The position numbers and the translations under genes are program-made. Under the pieces are notes generated by a model that ran no database searches, was not told where the DNA came from, and worked only from the letters and a program-made list of their open reading frames with translations. A DNA stretch of 64,000 bases from an uncultured delta proteobacterium (GTDB lineage: Bacteria; Myxococcota_A; Polyangia; Polyangiales; Polyangiaceae): positions 128,001 through 192,000 of the forward strand of contig CAVQUB010000021.1 of NCBI GenBank assembly GCA_963716725.1. Direction: 5' to 3'. Below are positions 56,232-64,000 of this stretch, piece after piece; positions within the stretch are counted from its first letter, which is position 1, and every line of letters begins with the position of its first letter.

Positions 56232-57655
56232 CGCCTTCATTTCCAGAAGCAGGCCTCGGTCGCGACGCAGTACTCGCCGCCCTCACCCAAACCCGCGCCC
56301 AGGATTTGAAGAGCGACGGTCGCGCGTTCGCCTTCATCTACGATCCGGGCGTGGAGGCGCGTGAGCTCGCGCGCGACGCCTTCGCGGCGTGCATGCCCAT
56401 CAACGGCCTTGATCCGACGGTGTACCCCTCGGCGCGCACGCTGGAGAACGCGGTGGTCAAGGCCTGCCTGGAGCTGATGCGCGCGCCAGTGGGCGCCGCC
56501 GGCACCGCCACCGCGGGCGGCACCGAGAGCGTGATGCTGGCGGTGAAGACCGCCCGGGATTTCGCCCGCAAGGCGCGCCCCGAGGTGAAGGCGCCGAAGA
56601 TGCTGTTGCCGGTGACGGCGCACGCCTGTTTCCACAAGGCGGCCCACTACCTGGGCGTGGAAGTGGTGAGCGTGGACGTGGATCCGCTGACCTTCCGCGC
56701 CGACGTCGCCGACGCCGCCCGCAAGATGACCGCGGACGTCGTGCTGGTGGTGGGCTCGGCGCCCAGCTACGCCCACGGCGTCATCGACGACATCCGCGCC
56801 CTGGCTGATCTCGCCTCGAAACACGGCGCGCTCATGCACGTGGACGCCTGCGTCGGCGGGTGCGTGCTGCCCTTTCTGCGCGAGAACGGCGTCGCGGGGC
56901 CGGACTTCGATTTTGGCATCGAGGGCGTGACCAGCATCTCGATGGATCTTCACAAATACGGCTTCGCTCCCAAGGGCATCAGCATCTTGTTGCAGCGACG
57001 CCGCGAGCTGCGTGACGCGCAGTACTACACCTGTGCCACCTGGACTGGCTACTCGATCATCAACTCGACCACGCTCGGCAGCAAGAGCGTGGCGGCCCTC
57101 GGCGCGGCCCACGCTTTGATCCAACACCTGGGCAAGCAGGGCTATCGCGAGCGCGCCGCCCGCATGTGGGAGGCCACCCAGAAGCTGGTTGCGCTGATCG
57201 AGCGAACCCCGGGCCTCGAAATGGTGGGGCGCCCGGACATGAACCTGTTCGCGTTCAAGACGACGGCAGGCGATCTCTTCACCCTGGCGGACCGCCTGAC
57301 GGCGAAGGGCTGGCACGTTCAGCCGACCTACGAGTTCGGCCCGTCGCCGGCTCACATCCACCTCACCTTGGATCCGGAGAACTCCCGGCGCGCCGACGAC
57401 CTCGGCAAGGATTTGGTCGAGTGCAGCCGGGACTTGCCGGCCAAGATCGATCCGCCCGAGGGAGTGGTCGCGTTCTTGAGCAACCTCGCGGAGGGCGCCG
57501 AAGGCGTCGACACCAAGGCCATCGTCGACGAGATGGGGCTCGGCTCGGGCACGCTGCCCACCGAATCGGCGCCGCTCCACCGGATCATGAACGCGATGAC
57601 GCCTTCCGCACGCGAGAAGCTCCTGGTCCTGTTCTTCGCGGAGTTGTTCTCGTGA
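56228..57655 (+). CDS. PLP-dependent group II decarboxylase-family enzyme, sphingosine-1-phosphate lyase-like
   Basis: TAGGTESVMLA, AHACFHKAAHY, SAPSYAHGVID, HVDACVGG, SISMDLHKYGFAPKG. Confidence 0.85.
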   Translation: MTPSFPEAGLGRDAVLAALTQTRAQDLKSDGRAFAFIYDPGVEARELARDAFAACMPINGLDPTVYPSARTLENAVVKACLELMRAPVGAAGTATAGGTESVMLAVKTARDFARKARPEVKAPKMLLPVTAHACFHKAAHYLGVEVVSVDVDPLTFRADVADAARKMTADVVLVVGSAPSYAHGVIDDIRALADLASKHGALMHVDACVGGCVLPFLRENGVAGPDFDFGIEGVTSISMDLHKYGFAPKGISILLQRRRELRDAQYYTCATWTGYSIINSTTLGSKSVAALGAAHALIQHLGKQGYRERAARMWEATQKLVALIERTPGLEMVGRPDMNLFAFKTTAGDLFTLADRLTAKGWHVQPTYEFGPSPAHIHLTLDPENSRRADDLGKDLVECSRDLPAKIDPPEGVVAFLSNLAEGAEGVDTKAIVDEMGLGSGTLPTESAPLHRIMNAMTPSAREKLLVLFFAELFS

Positions 57656-59340
57656 TCCGCCGAACGCTGGGCTTGGCGCGGCAGCTGGCAAAGCTGCGGC
57701 GCGGCCGACACGGATCGAGGCCGCTGCGCATCGCCTACGGTCGCATCTTTCACGAGGCCTGTGGCGCCTCGCCGGTGCTCACCACGCAGCAAGACTTCTT
57801 GCGCCTGCACGCCCTCGAAGATCGCGAGTTGGCGGAGGCCACGACGCTCGGCGGCTCGGAGCTCGTCGGCTACATGCCGCACGCCGAGCTCACGGGCTTC
57901 GTGCAGGCCGCGCGCGTCGCGGGCAACGTCGAGGCGGTTCCCCTCGCGTCGTTCATGGCGGTGCCGAACGGTCCGCTGACCGAAGAGTGCTTCGCCTGGC
58001 TACTCGATCGCCTGCTCGCTCGGCTCGAGGCGGCGGGTTCGGTAGACGGCGTCTACCTCGCGCTTCACGGGAGCATGGAAGTGCAGGGGCTGGATGAGGC
58101 CCCCGAGGCGGTGATCCTGCGGCGCGTGCGCGAGCGGGTAGGCCCGGACGTGGCCATCGCCGTCAGCTACGATCTGCACGCGAACCTGAGCCGCGGCTTG
58201 ATCGAACCCGCCGACATCATGGTCGCCTACCGCAGCAATCCCCACTGGGACCTCGGCCCCACCGGTTTTCGCGCTGGCATCCGCTTGATCCAGGCGCTGC
58301 GCGGTGAAATCGCCCCGAAGCACGCCTGGCGCAAGCTTCCGATGGTGCTCGGCGGCGGGACCACCATCGACTTCCTGGCCCCCATGCGCGGCGTGTTCCG
58401 CTTCATGAAGAAGCTGGAGCAGCGCCCCGGCGTGGTGTCCGCGAGCCTGTTCATGGTGCATCCCTTCACTTCGGCCGAGAACCTCGGGTGGGCCGTGCAC
58501 GTGTGCACGGATGGCGATGCGGCTCTGGCCGAGCGCCTGGCGGATGAGCTCGCGGATCGGGTCTGGGCCGAGAAAGACGTCGCGCTGCCTCGCATGTTCA
58601 GCGTCGACGAGGCGTTGGACGAAGTCAGGCGAACCCCCTCGCGTCATCTCGGGCCGGTGACCCTGGTGGACGTGGACGACATCGTCGGCGCAGGCGCTCC
58701 CGGCGGCAACACGCGCATCGCGCAGGCGCTGAGCAAATCAGGCCGCGATCTCACCGCGCTGGTGCCCGTGCACGACCCGGTTCTGGTGGAAGCGCTCTGG
58801 CAGACCCCGCTCGGCACGGTGGAGCGTGTGACCCTGCGCGGAACGCCGGGCTACCACCAACCCGCGGTCGAACTCGTCGCCACCGTGGCCGCGCGTCACG
58901 AAGGCGAGTTCGGCCGGCGTGTCCGCCTGGACGTGGGTTCGCTGCATCTGTCCGTCGGCGACCACCCGCCCTTGCCCATTCACCCGAAGTTCTGGCGGGA
59001 GCTGGGACTCAACCCGCGCAAGGCCCATCTGATGGTGACGAAGAACTTCTTCCACTACCGCATGTTCCATCTGACCACGTCGTTCGCGCACCTGCCCGTC
59101 GAGAGCGAGGGCGCGACCATGCTCCGTCGCCTTCACCAGATCGCCTCGCCGGTACCGGTCCACCCGTCGGCCAAGCTCTCGGACTGGCGCACCCACGAAC
59201 CCGCGCTGCGAAGCGCGCCGAGGCGAGCCGCCGAGGGTCGGAGCATCGACGCTCGAGCGAGCCAAGCGAGCCAAGCGAGCCAAGCGAGCCAAGCGAGCCA
59301 AGCGAGCCAAGCGAGCCAAGCGAGCCAAGCGAAACAGTAG
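57652..59340 (+). CDS. M81 family (MlrC-like) metallo-amidohydrolase
   Basis: RIAYGRIFHE, DGVYLALHGSM, SYDLHANL, YRSNPHWD, DVDDIVGAGAPG; GTG overlaps the upstream TGA. Confidence 0.87.
   Translation: MIRRTLGLARQLAKLRRGRHGSRPLRIAYGRIFHEACGASPVLTTQQDFLRLHALEDRELAEATTLGGSELVGYMPHAELTGFVQAARVAGNVEAVPLASFMAVPNGPLTEECFAWLLDRLLARLEAAGSVDGVYLALHGSMEVQGLDEAPEAVILRRVRERVGPDVAIAVSYDLHANLSRGLIEPADIMVAYRSNPHWDLGPTGFRAGIRLIQALRGEIAPKHAWRKLPMVLGGGTTIDFLAPMRGVFRFMKKLEQRPGVVSASLFMVHPFTSAENLGWAVHVCTDGDAALAERLADELADRVWAEKDVALPRMFSVDEALDEVRRTPSRHLGPVTLVDVDDIVGAGAPGGNTRIAQALSKSGRDLTALVPVHDPVLVEALWQTPLGTVERVTLRGTPGYHQPAVELVATVAARHEGEFGRRVRLDVGSLHLSVGDHPPLPIHPKFWRELGLNPRKAHLMVTKNFFHYRMFHLTTSFAHLPVESEGATMLRRLHQIASPVPVHPSAKLSDWRTHEPALRSAPRRAAEGRSIDARASQASQASQASQASQASQASQASQAKQ
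59257..59332 (+). repeat. Perfect 9-bp tandem repeat (GCGAGCCAA) x8, encoding (ASQ)8 at the end of the M81 gene
   Basis: Directly visible in the sequence. Confidence 0.95.
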
Positions 59341-59432
59341 CGGCCGTCGCCCTGTCGAGGGCGGGCTGCTTTTCGAGCCCGCCGGCGCGGTACCGCTAGC
59401 CACGCGAGCGGTCAGCGCGTACCTTGTATGCA

Positions 59433-61469
59433 ATGCGACTTGCCATCCCATTTGCTTTCGTAACGGCGGCGATGGTCGCGGCGGCCTGCAGCGGCTCGGA
59501 CACCTCGAGCGCGCCGGGCGCTACCGACGGCGGGAACACGGGCGGCACGTCGGCCTCCGGCGGCAGCGGCGGATCCGACGCGGGGGCCGGCGGCTCGGCG
59601 ACCACGGGCGGCACCGGAAATGCGAGCGGCACCGGCGGCGCCGCGGGTAGTGGCAGCGGGGGCGACGGCGGACCCACCGGGTGCCAGGGCAACGCGGACT
59701 GCGCGTCGGATCCGGGTGGCCCGACCTGCGACACGACGACGGGCAAGTGCGTGGGCTGCGTTGGCGCGACCGACTGCCCGTCGGGGCAGTACTGCGACAC
59801 GGCGACGCAGAAGTGCGGCGCCGGCTGCGACGAGGCCTCGGACTGCAGCGGCGCGACGCCGCTCTGCGAAATCTCGAGCAACGCCTGCGTCGCTTGCCTC
59901 AAGGACACCGACTGCCCGTCGGGACAGATTTGCGCGAGCAACGCCTGCGCCACGGGTTGCAGCCTGGCGCAGCCCTGTCCCAACACGAGCGACACTTGTT
60001 GCGCCGCGAGCTGCCACGACCTGAAGGCCGACGTGAACAACTGCGGCGCTTGTGGCACCGCGTGCAGCTCGTACCCGAACGCGGCTACCGAGTGCACGGC
60101 CACCGGCTGCGGCATGGGCAGCTGCGCCTCCGGGTTCGGGGACTGCAACCAGAGCCCGCTGGACGGCTGCGAATGGAACACCGGCTCGGGCGGGGCTTGC
60201 GCGTGCACGCCCGGCTCCACCCAGAGTTGCTACACCGGCACGCCGGGTACCGCCGGCGTCGGCGTGTGCAAGGCGGGGCAGCAGACCTGCGACGCCAGCG
60301 GCCTCTTGTGGGGCCCCTGCCTCAACCAGATCGTGCCCAGCGAAGAGCTGTGCGCCAATGGCATCGACGAGGACTGCAACGGCACGGCGGACGACGTGGG
60401 GGACACCGACGGCGACGGCTGGACCAAGTGCAACGGGGACTGCTGCGAGGACACCAGCCAGTGCTCGAAACCGAACAAGGTCAACCCGGGAGCCTTCGAG
60501 GTGGTGGGCAACTCGGTGGATGACGATTGCGATCCGGCAACCAGCGACACCACTCCGACGAACGCTTGCTCCACCGCCGCCAAGTTCACGGGAGTGTCCG
60601 CCGTCGACGTGGCCCACGCCATCGACCTCTGTCAGTTCACCACCGCGAACCCGCCGCTCCCCCAGAAGAAGTGGGGCGTCATCACCGCTCAGCACCTGCA
60701 GCCCAACGGCACGACGCCCAACGCGACCGCGCTGTCGGAGATGCAGAACTGGCAGACGGCGGTGCTCCAGAACTACGGCACCGGCGGCATCGTCCCGACC
60801 AAGGGCTCGACCATGGCGGGGATCTCCTCAGGGCGGATGCGCGATCAGAACGACCCGAGCTACATCAACCCGAACTCGGGCGCTTCGTTCAGTACCAGCA
60901 CGGCCCCTCCCCCGGCGTATCTGGCGGCTCACGGGAACGCACTGCCGGCATCGGCGGGCTGCAGCGGGAATTGCCCTGCCGGCAGCGGCGCAAATGACCC
61001 GGTCAACGTGCGGCTCACGATCCGCGTGCCGACCAACGCCCTGTCGTTCTCGTACAAGTTCCGCTTCTTCAGCTCGGAGTACTGGACCTACCAGTGCACG
61101 ATCTTCAACGACTTCTACCTGGCGCTCCTCACCACGGGGGCCCCGGGCATCCCCGCGGACAAGAACATCTCCTTCGACTCACTCCTGAACCCCGTCAGCG
61201 TGAACAACGGCTTCTTCGATCTGTGCGCGGCGAAGGGCTGCAACACCTGCCCGCTCGGACTGGCAGAGCTTGCCGGGACCGGCATGCAACTCAGCAACAC
61301 CGGCGGCGGCACCAAGTGGCTCACCACGACCGCCCCCGTGGTCCCAGGCGAAACAATGGTGATCGAGTTCATGGTCTTCGACGTCAGCGATCACATCCTC
61401 GACTCGCTCACCATCCTCGACAACTTCCAGTGGAGCTTGGACCCGTCGGGAGTCGGCACTACGGGCTGA
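59433..61469 (+). CDS. Cys-rich surface lipoprotein with putative metal-binding repeats and a C-terminal choice-of-anchor-L-like domain
   Basis: AAAC lipobox, Gly/Thr linker, ELCANGIDEDCNG, VNPGAFEVVGNSVDDDCD, FFSSEYW...FNDFY...GGGTKWL...DHILDS. Confidence 0.85.
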   Translation: MRLAIPFAFVTAAMVAAACSGSDTSSAPGATDGGNTGGTSASGGSGGSDAGAGGSATTGGTGNASGTGGAAGSGSGGDGGPTGCQGNADCASDPGGPTCDTTTGKCVGCVGATDCPSGQYCDTATQKCGAGCDEASDCSGATPLCEISSNACVACLKDTDCPSGQICASNACATGCSLAQPCPNTSDTCCAASCHDLKADVNNCGACGTACSSYPNAATECTATGCGMGSCASGFGDCNQSPLDGCEWNTGSGGACACTPGSTQSCYTGTPGTAGVGVCKAGQQTCDASGLLWGPCLNQIVPSEELCANGIDEDCNGTADDVGDTDGDGWTKCNGDCCEDTSQCSKPNKVNPGAFEVVGNSVDDDCDPATSDTTPTNACSTAAKFTGVSAVDVAHAIDLCQFTTANPPLPQKKWGVITAQHLQPNGTTPNATALSEMQNWQTAVLQNYGTGGIVPTKGSTMAGISSGRMRDQNDPSYINPNSGASFSTSTAPPPAYLAAHGNALPASAGCSGNCPAGSGANDPVNVRLTIRVPTNALSFSYKFRFFSSEYWTYQCTIFNDFYLALLTTGAPGIPADKNISFDSLLNPVSVNNGFFDLCAAKGCNTCPLGLAELAGTGMQLSNTGGGTKWLTTTAPVVPGETMVIEFMVFDVSDHILDSLTILDNFQWSLDPSGVGTTG

Positions 61470-61483
61470 GGCTCGGGCGGAGG

Positions 61484-61552
61484 TGCATCATGGGCTGGCA
61501 GCAGTCGCTGGTGCTGCTTCAGATGCTGGTCGAGCCCGAGATCCGCGAATAG
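61484..61552 (+). pseudogene. Short 3' remnant resembling the C-terminal helix of an SRPBCC/AHSA1 family gene (or a 20-aa sORF from ATG 61490)
   Basis: CIMGWQQSLVLLQMLVEPEIRE* resembles the SRPBCC C-terminal pattern C-x-x-GWQ-x-SL-x-x-L-x-x-LVE. Confidence 0.45.
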
Positions 61553-61646
61553 CAGCGCTACCCTGGTGAGGGCTCAGAACGCGAGACCGGCGGGAGTGAG
61601 TGGAACTGCGCGGTCGCCAGCACCGGCCACCGCGACGGCACAGGAT

Positions 61647-62180
61647 CTACTTCACCACGAGCTTCTGCTCGGTGGTCTTCTGCTGACCGGCGTGATCGAC
61701 CACCACGCGCAGCGTGTACTGTCCCGAGCCCAGGCGCACCGATGTCGAGATCGTCGAAGTGCACATGCAACGGCAGGGCGTCCCGAACAGCGATTCGGTG
61801 ATGGTGACGGTGCCGCCGCTCACCTTGGTTTCGATCTTCGATTCGAGGCAGCAGGCGTGAGCGACCTCATGCACCACCCGCACTCCACCGGCCGCCGGAG
61901 TGACGGTGAGCTCGGGTTTCGCCTCGGCGGGGTCCATCGCCGCGCGGGAGCGCTCGCCCTGCGCCATGCGCCCGGGGCTGGCCAGGCAGCCGGCAACGGT
62001 GCTCGTCCCGGAATTGAGCTCACCGGAGAGGTCCGTCGGCGCGCCGGTCGCCGCCGCACCCACCGGAGGAACTTCGGCGGTCGCGGTGGCGGGCTGGGTC
62101 GCCGAACCGTCGGGCGCGGTCGGACCCGGCTTGGTGCAGGCCGCGGCGACCAGGGCAGCGGCGAAGGCGAGGTGCTTCAT
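61647..62180 (-). CDS. Hypothetical lipoprotein with a small Cys-containing beta-sandwich domain
   Basis: AAAC lipobox; HACC...PCRCMC. Confidence 0.78.
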   Translation of the reverse strand: MKHLAFAAALVAAACTKPGPTAPDGSATQPATATAEVPPVGAAATGAPTDLSGELNSGTSTVAGCLASPGRMAQGERSRAAMDPAEAKPELTVTPAAGGVRVVHEVAHACCLESKIETKVSGGTVTITESLFGTPCRCMCTSTISTSVRLGSGQYTLRVVVDHAGQQKTTEQKLVVK

Positions 62181-62230
62181 GTGCACTGCCATATCACGCC
62201 GGCCGCCGGCGGAGATACGATGCGAACTTC

Positions 62231-62986
62231 ATGGCAGGCCGCACCTTCGCCATCGGCGACATCCACGGTGAGCTCGGGCACCTGCGAACCCTGATGGGAC
62301 GCCTGCCGAGGCTCGACGCAGGAGACACCGTGGTGTTCCTCGGCGACTACATCGATCGCGGCCCCCACTCGAAGCAGGTCGTCGAGTACGTACGCTACCT
62401 GCCCAAGATGATCGCGGCGAAGGTGGTGGCACTTCGCGGCAACCACGAAGACGCCTGGCTGCGCGTGCGCCGCTACCGTTGGCCCGAGTTCGTGCGCCCG
62501 CCGCACCACGGCTGTCTGCCGGCCTACCGATCGTTCATCAACGCACCCGTAGCGGTGACCGGACAAGAGCCCATCGCTGAAGAACGAGAAGCCTTCGAGA
62601 GCGGTCGCTTCATCCCGCGTCGCATCGTCGAGTGGATGGAGAAGCTGCCCTATTGGTACGAAGACGACCACGCCATCTACGTGCACGCGGGTCTTGTCCC
62701 CGCCCCAGACGGCGGCTTCTTTCACCCGAGCCAGCTCCCCCAACCCCCGGTGCAGGTGCTCTGGCTGCGTGACGAGCACTTCTTCCGGAACTACCGCGGA
62801 AAGCGCGTGGTCTTCGGGCACACCAGCACCGAGCTCTTGCCTCCCGAGCTGTCGTCGCACACCCCGGCGGACCCCGCGGATCTTTGGTCCTACGAAAATG
62901 TGATCGGCATCGACACGGGCTGCGGGCGCGGCGGCTTCCTCACCGCGGTCGAGCTGCCGGCGCTCACGGTTTACGAGTCGCGTTGA
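62231..62986 (+). CDS. PPP-family Ser/Thr protein phosphatase (metallophosphoesterase)
   Basis: GDIHG, GDYIDRG, RGNHE, VHAG, FGHT, IDTG. Confidence 0.94.
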   Translation: MAGRTFAIGDIHGELGHLRTLMGRLPRLDAGDTVVFLGDYIDRGPHSKQVVEYVRYLPKMIAAKVVALRGNHEDAWLRVRRYRWPEFVRPPHHGCLPAYRSFINAPVAVTGQEPIAEEREAFESGRFIPRRIVEWMEKLPYWYEDDHAIYVHAGLVPAPDGGFFHPSQLPQPPVQVLWLRDEHFFRNYRGKRVVFGHTSTELLPPELSSHTPADPADLWSYENVIGIDTGCGRGGFLTAVELPALTVYESR

Positions 62987-64000
62987 GCCGGCGGCGGCGC
63001 CAGGCCTCGACCATGGCCAATCCGAAGGCGATCCACAGCGGCGTGTCGCCGAAACGCACATAGACCGTGGGGCCACGGGTCGCGATGGCCGGCTCGACGA
63101 ACATCACGCCCTCGGTCTCGGCCGATCCCCGCGCGCGCACCGCACCGCTCGCGTCGATCCACGCCGGCACGCCCAGATTCACGGCGCGCACCAGGTCGAG
63201 TCGCGTCTCGACGGCTCGCAGGGCGGACAGGCGAAGGTGCAACTCGGGTTCGGCGGTCGGTCCGAACCAGGCGTCATTGGTGACGTTCACCAGCAGGTTG
63301 GGCTCGACCTTCGCGACCTTGCGCCCGATGGCGGGCAGCGTGTCCTCGTAACAATTGAGCACGCCCATGCGAGCGGGACCGCTGGTCAGGATCGACACGT
63401 CCTTGCCGGGGATGAGCCCGCCGGCGCGGGAGAACATCTTGCGTAAGAAGGGCAGGTGCTCGCCGAAGGGCACGGTCTCACCGAACCAGAGCAGCTCCAT
63501 CTTGGCCTGCGGCAGCTGGATCATGCCGTCGGGGCTGACGATGGTCGTGGCGTTGTGGCCGGCGTCGACCTGGGGCACGCTGGTGATGAGCCCGAAGAGC
63601 ACCGGGCCGCGGACGTCGCCCCCGACGATGGCGCGGCGGCCCCGTTGCATGCGACCGGGCGCGTGCGCGAGCACGAAGGGATGGGCGGCTTCGGGCCAAA
63701 GCGTGAGTTCGGCGCCACCCCGCTCGGAGTCCGCCGTGAGGCGGCGCAGGCGCGAGAGGATCTGCTCGCGAGCGCCAGATTGCCAGCGCAGCCTTGCCTC
63801 CACCGCAGCCTGCACCACCCCGAGCTTCAGGGTGGGTAGCGTGTCGTGGGCCGCTCGAACCTGCCGCATGCGAACCGCTCCGTGAACCGCCAACAGCGTG
63901 AGCAGCGCGGCCCCGAGCAGCGGCGCGATCCAGGGTCGGCTCGTGCTCGGCGCCGCGCGAGCCACGTAGCGGACGAAGGGGGACGCCAGCAGCGCCGCCG
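62964..64000 (-). CDS. lnt: Apolipoprotein N-acyltransferase, 3' part; runs off the right edge
   Basis: VVQA, LWPEAA, KMELLWFGETVP, NCYED, VNVTNDAWFG, LRAVET...VRAVNLG. Confidence 0.92.
   Translation of the reverse strand, partial: AALLASPFVRYVARAAPSTSRPWIAPLLGAALLTLLAVHGAVRMRQVRAAHDTLPTLKLGVVQAAVEARLRWQSGAREQILSRLRRLTADSERGGAELTLWPEAAHPFVLAHAPGRMQRGRRAIVGGDVRGPVLFGLITSVPQVDAGHNATTIVSPDGMIQLPQAKMELLWFGETVPFGEHLPFLRKMFSRAGGLIPGKDVSILTSGPARMGVLNCYEDTLPAIGRKVAKVEPNLLVNVTNDAWFGPTAEPELHLRLSALRAVETRLDLVRAVNLGVPAWIDASGAVRARGSAETEGVMFVEPAIATRGPTVYVRFGDTPLWIAFGLAMVEAWRRRRLNATRKP

Noticed and set aside
59257..59332. Tandem repeat considered as a CRISPR array
   Set aside because: The units are 9 bp with no spacers, and there are no cas genes in the window.

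Overview
Gene-dense, high-GC chromosomal segment, most likely from a myxobacterium of the Polyangiaceae/Sorangium type. This is inferred from a MYXO-CTERM protein, three Hanks-type Ser/Thr kinases, a PEGA-like protein, an FHA-sigma54 activator, AgmX/PglI(GltG)-type TonB-like C-terminal domains and many Cys-rich lipoproteins. There are about 50 CDS. They include housekeeping genes (recD2, pepN, tal, ybeY, HU, apbE, lnt, and a GH63-gnd-zwf-ROK sugar cluster), signalling genes and many surface or secreted proteins. I saw no rRNA, tRNA, CRISPR array, transposase, integrase or phage genes. The most interesting feature is a PlpX/splicease-like radical SAM/SPASM enzyme (26935-28284, minus strand). 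It is fused in frame, through an internal lipoprotein-signal-like segment, to a Pro-rich tail with three repeated Tyr motifs (EYAV, EYAV, KYGV), so it may carry its own modifiable lipopeptide substrate. It lies directly upstream of two giant paralogous FecR-VIT-vWA-TonB_C-TPR genes. Other notable points: two good sigma54 promoters, a tandem TetR operator, recurring leaderless-type -10 boxes, a Cys-rich lipoprotein/kinase/PEGA module, an unannotated 50-aa lipoprotein, two gene remnants, and three frameshifts at short homopolymers that may be assembly errors. All family assignments come from motif recognition by eye; no database searches were run.
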